Below, in pieces: positions 48,301 through 60,881 of a stretch of DNA of 64,000 nt (position 1 is its first letter; each line of letters begins with the position of its first letter). Both the position numbers and the translations under genes were made by a program. A model generated the notes under the pieces. That model had not been told where the DNA came from, searched no databases, and was given only the letters and a program-made list of their open reading frames with translations. The stretch lies in contig JBLDXI010000054.1 of the NCBI GenBank assembly GCA_047495785.1, forward strand, positions 620,001-684,000, given 5' to 3'. This stretch comes from Lepidodermella squamata. Lineage: Eukaryota; Animalia; Gastrotricha.

Positions 48301-50727
48301 TGTCAAAAATGTATCGAATAAGCTGTTTGGCATCTAGTTTTGTCTTGATCATGGCTGAATCACCAATAATTTCGAAAAATCGCCTCGTGTAGTTGGTGGC
48401 ATGAGTGAAAAGAGCGGCTAAAAGTCTAGCAACTTGATGCTTTCCATCGCAGAGACGGGCCAAAGCCGAAAAATGATCGCTACTGAGCTTTTCTTTCATC
48501 TTGTAAGTTGTCTTGAAGATTTCCACTATTGAAGCATCAGACAGCCGTTTTATCGCGATTCTATGACCTTGCACATCCAGTTCTTCCCTTGATATCACGC
48601 AGAACGGAGAAGCCTTAAATTGTTCTCGGTAAGTTTCAAATATTGACATTAGTTCGCAGTGATCAAAAACGAAAAGAATCCTATTGTTTCCAATTGATTC
48701 AAGCAAATCGACTACATCTTTGATGGTTCGAAGTTTCAAAGAAGGGCTAAATAGGTTTAACATAGCGCAAAGCTCTTTGCTGAGGTGATCAGCGTCGAGG
48801 GCGTAGGTCGATTTGGCATCGATCCAAATCACGAATTGTATGCGGCAACTTTCGTATAGGAACTTATGGTAATTCCGGCTAGAGAGAACTTGAGATAGGA
48901 CAGTGGATTTTCCGACTCCAGGCTCCCCAAATATGTTCAAAATACCTAAAGGGATTAATGTATTTCACACTCTTTTATTAGATAAGAGTGACTACCTTTT
49001 GAAGCATCTTTACAGGTCGACTTCAGCTTATCAAGGATAAGTAATTCGTCTTCCTCCCGTTTCCAATAGTTGGATAGTGAAGGGACATTCAAAGTCCTGA
49101 TATAACATTTTGTAATATAATTAAAGTTCAATGAGGCATCTTACTGTATCGATGAGTGAGGTTCGACTCCCCTTGCCGATAGTTTGGCGATAATTTGGCT
49201 AGATTGAACAGGCTCTTCATCGTCTGAATCAGGCAAAGGAACGTTTCTCAGGCCCCTGCGCACCACCTCGAGCTTTCTAGGCAGGCCGCCACACATTTTC
49301 GCCAGGGATAAGGCCTTCTTAGCATCTAGGACACCTTTTCCTTCCTCTTGATAGATTAACGTTAGTACGGCGGTCATTTCAGTTATACTGAAGGGCGGTA
49401 GCTCGAACGAGTTGCTTATCAAGTGTTTCAGTTCCTCGCCAATTTGAACCATCGATTTGTAGACGTCGGTTCGAAGTGACACAATGCAAGGCCAGCCATT
49501 GCTGCAGCAAAGCTGTGTGATTGCGTTGAGCAGATGCAAGTGGAAGACATCGTCGAAAACCAGGATGCAATCAGGATTTGCTACCTTACTCCTCGTCTCG
49601 TTGATGGACTTAATATTAGGGTATTTGATGATGATTGAATCGAGGACTAACTTCTCGAGATTCGAAACGCTATCGTTATTGAAATCTTCTCGAAACTCGT
49701 AGCAGTTGATGTAAAATGCGGCTTGGATATGGAGTTCATTCTTCAGATGCTGAACAATATCTGCCTCGTTGAAGAATGTGAGAAGGAATTGAGTTTTGCC
49801 GACCCCGTTTTGCCCATGGAATACCAGGCACCCAGTCTCTGGGCTTCGATATAGTTTCTCCGTCTTCGAAAGGAAGTTTTGGACGATTTCTGGGTCCCGT
49901 CGGTATATATCAGTTTCCCACGCCGGGGCGTTGAACAGCTTGAAAGCGCTGCAATGGGACATAGTTAATTTTTTATTGGTTTTACTATCAACTAAAAAGC
50001 CTAACAGAATCTATACCCTTATCTTAGTCTTTACGAGACCCTAACCCTCACGAATCTCAACTTTGGAGCTGAACCTCTTTCAATTGGCTAAAGTTGGAAA
50101 CTGGACATTTAGGGAGTTCCAGGGATCAGGAATTCAAAACAAAGGAAGGGTAAACATCCCACAGTGGGCTCATTGGTTTCTTCTGCTGGGTCAAGGAAAA
50201 CACCTCAATTCCAGAATCCTATTTCGCACACTGGGGAGTTTCTTAATTCTAAAGCCTAAACCCTAAACATATATGGAAGTGAAAATTAGGTTAGAAAAGC
50301 ATTACTTGTCAACAGTCGTTGGAATTCGCTCAATCAATGTTTCGATAACGTTCTCAGTTGCATCCTGATCGAACCATGAGATCGTCTCCAAATTGCCCAT
50401 CATCAACCAGATCTCACCCCTTCTGTCATTTGCATGTTCCTCGTCTAACAGAACGCAAAGAATCGGCAACTGTCTTCTGTGGGCATGAGCAAGTTCTTCG
50501 AAGCAAGTCTTGCTGTCTCGATATAGGTCGCAAATAAAGACGAGGAACACATCGCACTGGTTGATTCCATGAAAATCCGGTCCACCATGTTCCTTTCTGC
50601 TGAGCCAAATTTGGAAGCTTCGTGACAAAGTATCAGCCAGGTCTCGGATTTCTTCGGATCTGTAGTCTTGGGCATAACTGAAGAAAACCGAGGGCACCTG
50701 CCCATCATGTTCAGCTAAAAACGGCAT
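45351..50727 (-). CDS. TIR - STAND/NB-ARC-like - STAND/NB-ARC-like - ankyrin-repeat protein (~1633 aa, 5 exons)
   Basis: Exons 50727-50306, 49984-49145, 49096-48996, 48945-47346, 47289-45351 join in frame (4902 nt). TIR: VFFSY...CFEELAHA. NTPase 1: GQNGVGKT, ILVFDDV, CGGLP. NTPase 2: GEPGVGKS, LFVFDHCE. Many ankyrin repeats follow. Confidence 0.75.
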
Positions 50728-50970
50728 TTTACACCTTGTGTCGATGTGAAAGTAGCATCATGAAATAGCATTTTTTTCTAGAATGCATTGATCCGCCTCA
50801 ATGGATTGATACACCCATTAAGCGCACGGATAGAATTATGTCCTCAAAATGCATTTTTTTCATTAAAATGAATAGCGTAGTCCATAGAAAACGACTGCAT
50901 ATGCGCCTTCAATGGGTCAATACAAAAAACTCCCAGGTCACAAGTAATAGGCGTGAAGCGGTGCGTTTTA

Positions 50971-53900
50971 TTACGTTTGCTTCGAAATCGATTTATACCG
51001 CTTCAGGTACTCAAGTATTTGCGTATTACCAGCATCTTCTGCAAGTTTGCATGCACGTTTCAGATCTGGAATTTTCACACCTAGTTGCAGCAGTGAATCA
51101 ATGGCCTTGACGTTGTCGCATTTGTTGCTTATCGCCCGTTCGATAGGCGTGTCGCCTAGTTTCCCGCGCAATTCGACGTTCGCACCTATGTCGATGAGCA
51201 GTTCGATGACTTCGGACCAACTTGCGTCTCGGTGGCAGGAATCGACGGCGTAGTGCAGCGGCGTGTCGCCCTTAGCATCTCCAACGTGAATGTTCGCGTT
51301 GTATTCCAGCAGCAAATTGATACCGGCGAGCACCTTCCTTGTTACCACACCTTGAATGAGAAGAGTAATATCAAGAGTTGAGCTAAAAAATAACAAATAG
51401 GGGGAACGATGGCGATGGCCCTTCGTCGTTCCATTGCATTTCAATATGTCCGAGCTCGATTTGAGCTATCCTGATAGCTATCCTCACAAGCTTTTTGACG
51501 AACATAGTTCCACTCATTCCGACCTCATATAAATGTCCCAACCCTAACCCTAGCCCTAGCCCTAACCCTAACTCTAGCATTTGCCATACTGCCAAAATAG
51601 GAGAAAGGGAAGATCGAGGTTCGATTTGAAGGCTTAGACCGACCTTCACTCATCAATAGATGCATAGCGGTTCTCTCCCGATCCTTCGTCACATCGCTCC
51701 TCGTATTCGGACTAACTTTGACCTCTTCCAGCAAATACCTCGCTGTTTCGATTTGATGAGCAAGCAGAGTCTTCTGCAGCAACGTTCTGCCCAAGTTATC
51801 GCGAATATCCATGAAAAAAGACGGCCGCCATTCGATGAAAAACCGAACGATATCAATGTGCCCTGTCATTGCTGCCACATGAATAGCTCTATCACCATTG
51901 TCATCAGCAACACTCGCTAGGGCAGGTGCTTGTTTGACCAGGAATTTCACTATTTCCAACTTGTTGTCATAAGCATTCTCCGCGAGTTTCACGATCTTCT
52001 CACCTTCAATTGCGATATTGCCAGGCCTTGGTTCTCGTATTGCGATTTCGTGGAAGGATCTGAGAAGCTTTTCTTGTTTCTCCTCGGGAAGAGCAGACTG
52101 ATCTAACAAATCCTCCTCCCCAGACCACAGGCAAGCGTGATGAAGAGTTGAGCGATTCATGAACCCACGTTCTAAGATATCACAGCCGAAAATTATCAGT
52201 TTTTGAGCAGTAGTCAAATGGCCAGCTAAAAGGGCTAGGTGAAGTGCTGTATTTCCATTGGAATCTTTCATTCTAGCATCAGCTCCAGATTGGACGAGAG
52301 CCTCGATTACTGGGTCTATTCCGAGTAAAGCGGCTAAGTGAAGTGGGGTTCGGCTGAAGTCACGTTCAGAGCTTTTCGCATTGACATCAGCGCCACTTTT
52401 CACAAACTGTGTGATCGCCTCGGTCCGGTTTGTCATCGTAGCTGTATGAAGAGGGGTTCGGCCCAAAAAACCAGGCACATCAGCAATACTCACACTTTTG
52501 ACCCATGAAGTCAGAAACCGAATCACATCCGCATTATTCGAGAATTTGATCACTTCTTGCAAGAATGAACTGCAGATTTCCGCTTCGATCTCATCGTCGC
52601 TCATCCCATCTTTCTTCGCCATCGAAGATTTTTCATGCTGTAACAAGAGTTTGAACACCTTTTTCGAGTTGAACTTCGCAGCGAGTAGGATTGCAGTGAA
52701 TGAGTCATCATCGCGACCTTGGGACTGGATTTTAGAATTTCCACCGAATTCGAGGAGAAGTTTCGCCATGTCATAATCGTTTCGAACAGCACAATCGTGT
52801 AGAGCTGTTCGACCAGTTCTTGAATTAACCTCATTTACCGGACAATTGTTCTTCAACAGAAATCGCACCATCTTTTCAGAGCTTTTGCTGACGTAGTATT
52901 GAAAAACGTTGAATCCTTTCGCATTTTCATAGCTGAAAACCGATTTTGAGCCGTATTTAATGATCGCTTTTGCGCAGTCGAAGTTTTTCTTGATTAGGCT
53001 GATATGAAGAGGAGTAGCGCCATCGTGCTCATTCTCAGGGCATCGAACGTTGAGCTTTGCCTTACCTCGAGTTATCAGAAGTTTCGCCATTTCTGGATCT
53101 CCATGCTCCAGAGCGACCAACTGAAAAAAAAAATTTCAGGGATTGAAAAATGAGCAAATCGAGGTCTTACCATTATCGGAGTGTGATTTTTGTTGTTCCC
53201 AGTCTCCACCGATGCTGGGCTGTACTTGATAATCGTTTTCGCAACCTCGTAGAAACCTAATCGAACTGCTGAATGCAGGGGAGTGTTTCCCTCAACATTA
53301 TCTTTCACACACGCATTCGCTTTGTAATCTAGCAATAGCTTCACCATACTCAAATTATCAGCCGAAACAGCGAGATGTAACACAGTCTCTCCATCGGGCT
53401 CGAACTTCACATTTGCATCAGCCTTCATTTTCAACAGCGTTTTAGCCATAGCTTGTTTATCTAGTTGAACAGCGAAGTGGAGAGCTGTAAGCCCTCCAGG
53501 GTGATTTTTCACTTTTTTTGACCTTGCATTGATGTCAGCATCCAAATCATTGACCAGCACCTTGGCGACTTCAATCGAATCGAGGACTACCGTTTCTTGA
53601 AGTGGTGTCCTGCCGTTGTGTCGACTCGGCCTATCGACATCATCGTCACATTTCAAGACCAATATTTTCAACGGATTAATCTGGTTGATTTTAATGGATA
53701 GGACGAGTGGTGTATTTCCATCGGTATCTTCCAGAGTCAGGAGTTTGCCATCCTCCCAATTGGCGAGATAGAAAAGAGAGAGCAAATTGTTCTCATGTAC
53801 GGCTTGATGGATAGGCGAGACGTTTGACCGGTCGAAAAGATTTGCTCCAATAGTAGGATCAGCGTCCAATTCATCGAGAAGTAGCTCCATTACTGGAATA

Positions 53901-54746
53901 TCATGAGACGTACCAGGACGCAGCGCCTCGATTTAGATGCCTGATTTTTGTGTTATTTTTTAATAAGGTCCAAAGGTCGTCGTGGCTAAAAAAAACCTCA
54001 TTAGCAGCTATCGTTATTTTTCTTCTGCGACCAGCAAAAAATCTCATTCATGAAAATCACGTTTTTACGCAAAGATCAGTTTTTTGCAGTGGCCTGAAGA
54101 TCTCGATCTTAAAGAAAACGGCGGGGTCGCGAAAAGATCTGTTATTTTGTTTTCAATTATAATTTTTATTTTCGATGGCAAATTAATTTTATATTCAATA
54201 AAAAATTTGCCATCGAAAGTCATTATTATGCACACTTGTGCTAAGCACATCACGTGATTTTTTACGCAAACCCGGATAATGGGAGCTTCGAAGCCGCTGC
54301 GTCCTGGTACGTCTCATGTGGAATATGGCCCTCCCTACAAGCCAAATGGAGCGCGGTGTCTTTGGATTCGTTTTTGACAGGTGAATTCACGATTTCTAGA
54401 CCTTTTTTCCTAGCAAACAGGTCAACTAGGTCCTGAAATAACCAATTCTAAGAAAAAATGTGACTAATTCTCGCCAGTTTACCCGTTTTCCAAGCCGAGC
54501 TGCGAGATGAAATGCGGTTTCGCCCTTGTCATTCGTAATCTCGATGTCAGCGCCCGATGATAAGCAGAATGACGCGAATTCGACCTGGCTTTGCCGGACT
54601 GATTCGTGGAGCAGAGTGGAGTCGTCATGGCCAAAGCCCTTGACGTTGATACCCCATTTACGAACGACATCAATGATTATGCCGACATCGCCACGCCGGC
54701 AAGCATCGACAATGTCGCCCCGCTCTTCTTCGGTCATTACAGTCAT
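50971..54746 (-). CDS. Large ankyrin-repeat protein (~985 aa if the MITE is removed); this allele is interrupted in exon 2
   Basis: Exons 54746-54483, 54432-53171, 53120-51644, 51350-50971. Numerous G-T-P/A-LH ankyrin motifs. The frame is restored exactly by deleting the 417-bp element plus one 8-bp TSD. Confidence 0.8.
51537..51578 (-). repeat. Short interstitial telomere-like repeat (TTAGGG/CTAGGG) in an intron
   Basis: cccaaccctaaccctagccctagccctaaccctaactctag. Confidence 0.6.
53902..54318. mobile_element. 417-bp MITE, 24-bp TIRs, 8-bp TSD (P- or hAT-like)
   Basis: TIRs catgagacgtaccaggacgcagcg / cgctgcgtcctggtacgtctcatg. TSD tggaatat at 53894-53901 and 54319-54326. Confidence 0.92.
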
Positions 54747-55062
54747 TTTGTTTGCACAATGCAAATTGAGTTGATTGGATGAGATTAGGCAGCGATTTTA
54801 CTGCCAGGGTAGCTGAGGTAAGAAAAGCCCTTGAATGCATATCGACACTTGACACAGGAAATCGATAGAGCGTGCTGTAAGTTTGCTATTAACAATTAAT
54901 AGTCTCACTCCTCTTTGTGGGATTATTCGTTCGATATAATTCGATCTATCTATCAACTTCGATTTCTCAAAACGGCTGGTCTTTTAGAGGTTCTTCTAAA
55001 AGGTGACTAGAGCGGATAAATATTTGAAAATCTCGCTGCTAGGTTCGCGAATTTATTCATAT

Positions 55063-56683
55063 TCAATTTGTACTTTTTACTATGATTGCAACATCGACGA
55101 TGAAAATGACTGAGAAAAGTGTAATATAGAACATTATGTCATAAACTCGCAATTTTGTTAAACTTAACGGCTTCCATCGCAATTCAACCCGCGATTTCAT
55201 GAACGCCCAGTTTGAGCCTTCACAGCAAAACAGGGCGTGGATTGTTACAAGAGCTCCAGCAGCTAGTTGCATTTCCAGGAATAAATCAATTAACGGAATT
55301 TGGGCCGATTTTGGTATAGATTCAGTTAGAACTGATTGCAGAACGGCGAATGATAGCAGGACTGTTATGCAAAACCCTGGTCTCTCCGGCCTTTCAGGTG
55401 GCATGAAAACCGACGTTGAAATCGTGACTTGCAAGATGATGCATGGGACGTAGATGCTAGTGACATAGGCCATGTATTTCCTAGCGAAAACGAAAGTAAC
55501 CACCACACGGCTGTATAGCATATGATCGTTCAGGTATGTATGATTGATGTTGGCTATGCTGCTCGATTCGAGCCTCCAAAGTTCACCTTCGGAGGTAAAA
55601 TTTCTATTCACTGACAAGGCCCCAGCCTCTTCAGCTTCTAGCCGGACTGACAGGGAATTTTCATATGATTCAAGTACAATGCCGCAGGTTTGAACATCGA
55701 ATGGGAAGTTGGTGTGGTCCAAATTGCAGAAAAATGTCAGCGGAGTCATTATGTACCAAGCAACACTAGTGTTGCTGTAGAAGTAAACCTTCGACAGCTC
55801 GGCGAGCCTTAAAAACAACATTCAATATATAAGCATACCTACATTTTAAGGATCGATCCTCACGATTCGAAAGGTAACAGATCTGTGGCTGAATTCATTA
55901 CGGGTATCATTGGAAGCCAAACATCGGAAGCTTTTATCTTGATGTGCTCGACATTAACAGTTTTATCCGCTCGCCAGTCAACGCATGGATGGCTCCAATA
56001 GAAATTGAACACTGCCAAAATTGATATTCTGGTGGAAAAATGTTAAATATGAGCAGGGCCCAGTGTGCAAAGTCGGGGTATACCACCCGGCTCCAGAGGT
56101 CCAGGCAAGAAAACCCTGAAAAAACCCTCTGCAGAGCCCCTTTGGTCAGGGAAATTCTCGGGGCAGAATCCTACTTCATTCACTGGTAGGACCGGATCAC
56201 TGGCCGGATCATTAGGCAGATAAGAGAGGTAATGCTTGGGTCCGATAAAAAATTCGAAACCTCAGAAAAAAGACCACAGGGAACCCTCACCCTATCGGTA
56301 ATTTGCCTTAAGGAACTTAATCATGTTCAACTTTCATTGTCATGATCTGGCACTGTGATTGGCAGTCATTGCTGCCCATGCATGAATTACATTTTTACGC
56401 CGAAAACTTACGTTTGATCTTTATCTGAAAGAGATCGCAGGCGCACAGCCACAAATTCAAGTTTCACTTTGATGCCCTGAGTAAATTTAGCGACTGGTCT
56501 AGCTTTAGACAGCAGCGAGCACTTTTCGATCATCGCTCGTGCTACCAGTTCTTCTTCAGGCACAAATTGCGGAACAGTCGTCGAGGAGACATTTAACTGC
56601 ATCGCTGCGGATACCAGCAGGAATGAATTTGGTATCGCAATGAACAGGCTCAAAGAATTGGCGAAGCCTCTCGAAAACAACAT
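55063..56683 (-). CDS. Divergent Cys-loop ligand-gated ion channel subunit (3 exons)
   Basis: Exons 56683-56412, 56028-55864, 55807-55063. ARPV, DVWLP, Cys loop CNLDHTNFPFDVQTC, four TM segments. Confidence 0.85.
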
Positions 56684-57655
56684 ATAACGGATCACTTATC
56701 CAATAAATTTCTAGAATGAGACTTCAAATAAATTGTCTTGAATGAGGTTCATATCGCAGTTTAGCTTTAAGCTCGATGTTTTATCCGAAAAACCATCGAT
56801 TCAGGGTATCTTTGTTTATAGATAAATATTAATAGCTGAATAAAGCCACGGGAATTTCGTTATTTGCAGGAGCACGTTGAATAAATCGAGCTAAAAAGAT
56901 ACACATTATCCTAGTGGTGATGATTTGCTGAACAAACATAAAATCTTGTTATCAAATTTACCCAGCTAAACGATTCAGCAGAGTGCAGAGTACGTTATGG
57001 TACTTTCGCAAAATAACGAGGGGAAACTACAAATGTCGGAGAATTAGTTCAGTAAAGCGAAATTTCAGTGATCCTATCAGCACTAATTTCCGGGCATTCA
57101 ATCGGAATTGTTTTAGCTGGCTAAGATTCCAGAGGTGTCCCGTGAACTAGTGCACCGGGTCCGAAATAGTGAAGGGGCTGCGGAGTCACTAACTGCGTCG
57201 CAAGCCTCTTCTTCGAATAAGGGCAAATCAAGGGGGCTCTCAGGCAGTAAGCTGGAGGATTCGTCTAGTGCTTCCAGGCAGACAAGGGCAAGTAACGCAG
57301 GTCAGGGGCCCATAAGCAACATAAGCAACCACGGACTCCAAATCTTTCGGGTCGCTTTTGCGCCCTTCTTCATACTCGGCTGTATCTGTAAAAAAATTCC
57401 TTGTGCTTTTGTTTGTTCAAGCATGCCATCACTTCTATGATTCTAGAGAGAATCTTAAAAATTTTGGCAGATTTTGGCAGACAAACTAGACATTTTGGCA
57501 GATACTGCAAACAAAATGTGTCTATTCCTATCAATCAGCCTATCAACCCTAGCTCCAGGATCCAATTTCGCGCAACCTGATCGCCATAGAATATTACTGA
57601 GAAAAGTAGCAATCGAATAAAATATTGGAAAACTTATTAGTAGCAAAATTTTTAG

Positions 57656-59016
57656 TCAGTTTATACTCCCAACAATGACTGTAACGTCGACAATGATAAT
57701 GAATGAGAACACAGTGATGTAGAACATTAAGTCGAAAATTCGCAATTTTGACAGATTTAATTGCTTTGATCCGAATCGCGATTTCATGCATTTCCAGCGT
57801 GAGATTTCACAGCACACCAGGGAGTGAATTGTTACAAGTGCCCCAGCGGCGAGTTGCATCACGAGAAATACTTCAATCAACGGAATCTGGGCCGTTTTCG
57901 GGATAGATTCAGTTAGTACTGATTGCAGAACGGCAAATGATAGCAAGACTGTTATGCAAAATCCTGGTCTTTCAACCCTTTCAGGCGGCATGAAAACAGA
58001 AGATGAAATCGTGACTTGCAAGATGATGCATGGGACGTAGATGCTAGTGACGTAGGCCATGTATTTCCTAGCGAAAACGAAAGTAACCACCACACGGCTG
58101 TATTCCGCTTCATCGTCAGGGTATGTGTAATTGTAGGATGAGATATTGCTAGATTCAAGCCTCCACAGTTCAGCGTCAGAGGTGAAATCTGCATTTATTA
58201 TCAAGGATCCACTCTCTGCAGTTTCTAGCCGGACTGACATTGTGTTCGCAAATGATTCAAAGATGAGACCACAGGTTTGAACATCGAATGGGAACTTGGA
58301 GTGGTCCAAATTGCAGAAAAATGTAAACGGGGTCAGTACGTACCAAGCTACTAAGGTGTCGTTATAGAAGTAAACCCTCGTCAGCTCAGCAAGTCTTCGA
58401 CATCAAATTAGATTTACTTGAAAGCATTAGGAGGATTATTTTGAGCCTTACGCTTCAAAGGGTAATAGATCTGTAGCTGAATTGATCACTGGTATCGTTG
58501 GTAACCAAACATCTGAAGCCTTTATCTTGATGTGCGCAACATCAACAGTTTTATCCGACCGCCAGTCAACACATGGATGGCTCCAGTAGATGCTCAACGA
58601 AGCAAGGAGTGATATACTAAAGGAAAATAGTATTTCAAAACTGCTTAGACACCGCTACGTAACTCAGGACGTTGGTCTCTACTACACACCACTCTATCAT
58701 TTTGGTTTTAATTAAGCCTTCTGGTCGAATTTGCAACTTACGTTTGATCTCTATCTGACAGTGATCGAAAGCGCACGGCCATGAAATAGAGTTGCACGTT
58801 GATGCCTTGGGAATATTTTGCGACTGGCCTAGCTTTCGACATCAGCGAGCACTTTTCGATCATCGCACGCGCTACCAACTCTTCTTCTGGCACAAATTGC
58901 GGAACAGTTGTCGGGGAGACGTCAGACTGCATCGCTGCGGATCTCGGGAAGAATGCATTTGATAACAGGATGAACAGGCTGAAAGAAGAGAAGAACCTTC
59001 TCGAAAGCAACATCAT
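57656..59016 (-). CDS. Divergent Cys-loop ligand-gated ion channel subunit, tandem paralogue (3 exons)
   Basis: Exons 59016-58742, 58616-58452, 58394-57656. Cys loop CNLDHSKFPFDVQTC; highly similar to the neighbouring gene. Confidence 0.85.
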
Positions 59017-59841
59017 CAAAAGCTTGTCTGGTTTCTAGATAAGGCTGTGGTACGGACTTTTAAAACCACGTACTGCAGCATTCCGCTGCGGATGTTGGTG
59101 GAATTTCCAAGATATACATAGAATTGATGATAATAGCAGTGTGCAAAGTAGAATCTCGCAGCCAGGGGGAGGGGAGGCTTCCACTCTAAGGTTAGGCGGC
59201 ATCTTGGGTTATTTGATTTTGATTATGCCATAGCATAAATCGAAAACTTGTTTGCTACAAAATTGAGATTTCCACTATCAATCGGAGAAAAACGGCTGAG
59301 GAATGTCAATACCTTGAACCTTGCGCAAATCGATATTGATAAGCCCTTTCATACTCTTGAGAATCTGTCGCGATTTGAAAAAATTCGATGGGTTGCAAAG
59401 GTAAATATCAAGCTTCAAGTCGGAACCCCAAGATCGAGAGAACCCGAGCTGAGAGATGTAGAGCTTTCTTGAGGCAAGAAACAACTCAAACAAGCCGGAC
59501 AGGCTGGAGGCAGATGCTGATTTCCCTTCTTACAATGAGTTGCAATGTCATGAAATATCGATTGATCACGCCTGAACTTTTAAACTTAATTTGTACACCA
59601 TAATCTACAGGATAAAAAAGCGTGAACTTTTGGACTCATTATGTATTTTCAATAAGTTGATTATCTCTGACAACAACTCTGCGACGTTCTAGCTAGGTCT
59701 CATGAACCAAAATTCATATTAATTCCTGCTGAGAAGTAGTAAGATGGAAAAAAGATCTTTCAAAAGATCTTCCTCCGCTAACATTTTTATTATTTTCTTG
59801 ATTTTTCTGTAAGAAATATTGAACATTCAGCAATAACCCAG

Positions 59842-60185
59842 TCACTTCAGGCAATAGCTGACGTAGTCGAGCATAAGCAGGTTTTTAGCCGTCAAATCTG
59901 TAAGAAAAACTGCTATTTAGCTTCTTCATTTCAATAAATCTAAAACTTGCCTAAATCAGAACTTCTTAAGCGTTGGTCGATTTCATCACAATTAACCCCG
60001 TTATCGATGTAGTCTGGCTCTTGCTCTAATTCTTTCTCGTCTAATCCTAAAAATGCAGCTTGTTCCTTCAATAAACGGTTGTGATCAGATATTGAGGGTA
60101 AGGCATCGCCTTGCAGTATTGCATTTCCATCCACGAGCTCGAAGAGTAGGATGTTCATGAATAGAATACAAGCTGTTGAAAACAT
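59842..60185 (-). CDS. Small secreted two-cysteine precursor 1 (GC-AG intron 59898-59950)
   Basis: Signal peptide and acidic region. Spliced end: CDEIDQRLRSSDL|DLTAKNLLMLDYVSYCLK*. Confidence 0.6.
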
Positions 60186-60881
60186 TGTAAAAAAAACTTC
60201 TACAAATGGAAAAGCAATAAAAATGATAGATTTGATTTGAAGAGAATCTGCCTAAGCGCCTGACCGAATGCTAATCATAGAATTAGCGAATTCCACAGAG
60301 GATTATCCCCGGATAAAAAAACGGCTTGACTTCACCCGCACGCGTTTTGCCCTACTCTAAACAATTAGCAATTTTGTACAAAAAAATTAGCTGGCGATCG
60401 ATTGCTGATTCGGGTTTTATGCGCGTTTCAAGTGTCACGTCGCTATGCCCACGCCCGGACACACCCAGCCACTTCAAAGTATTAGTCAGTATAGTTGCTA
60501 ATTGTTGCTTAGTTATCGGATTGTGAGATTATGAGATTTTTCTAGACATTTTGTATGAATGAGTGGGAAATAACGTTCAAGAGATTATTTCTCAACTTCC
60601 AACTTTGAGGCCGTTATACCTGAGGATTGAATACCAGTGACGCAATCTATCGTCGTTTCATCAGAGCAAAAGTAAAGACGGATTTTATTGCGAATTTATT
60701 CCTCGGGTCCAAAATAGAGTCCTGAATCGGGATCAAGCGAAAATGAAAAAAAATGTCTTAGCCTTTATCAATCTGCTTTAATTCAGAATATGATACGGAA
60801 CGAGATGGAAAATCGCGTAGTGCTGATATCCGTTACTAAGGTTGATGCGTGGATAGATAGGAAGAAATTGCGATCCGGCTC

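Noticed and set aside
50050-50260. Extra exon between TIR and the first NTPase
   Set aside because: Stops in all three minus-strand frames; the direct 50306->49984 splice is already in frame.
56058-56358. Transib/RSS-like element (cccagtg...cactgtg) in a Cys-loop intron
   Set aside because: TIR match is too short and there is no 5-bp TSD.
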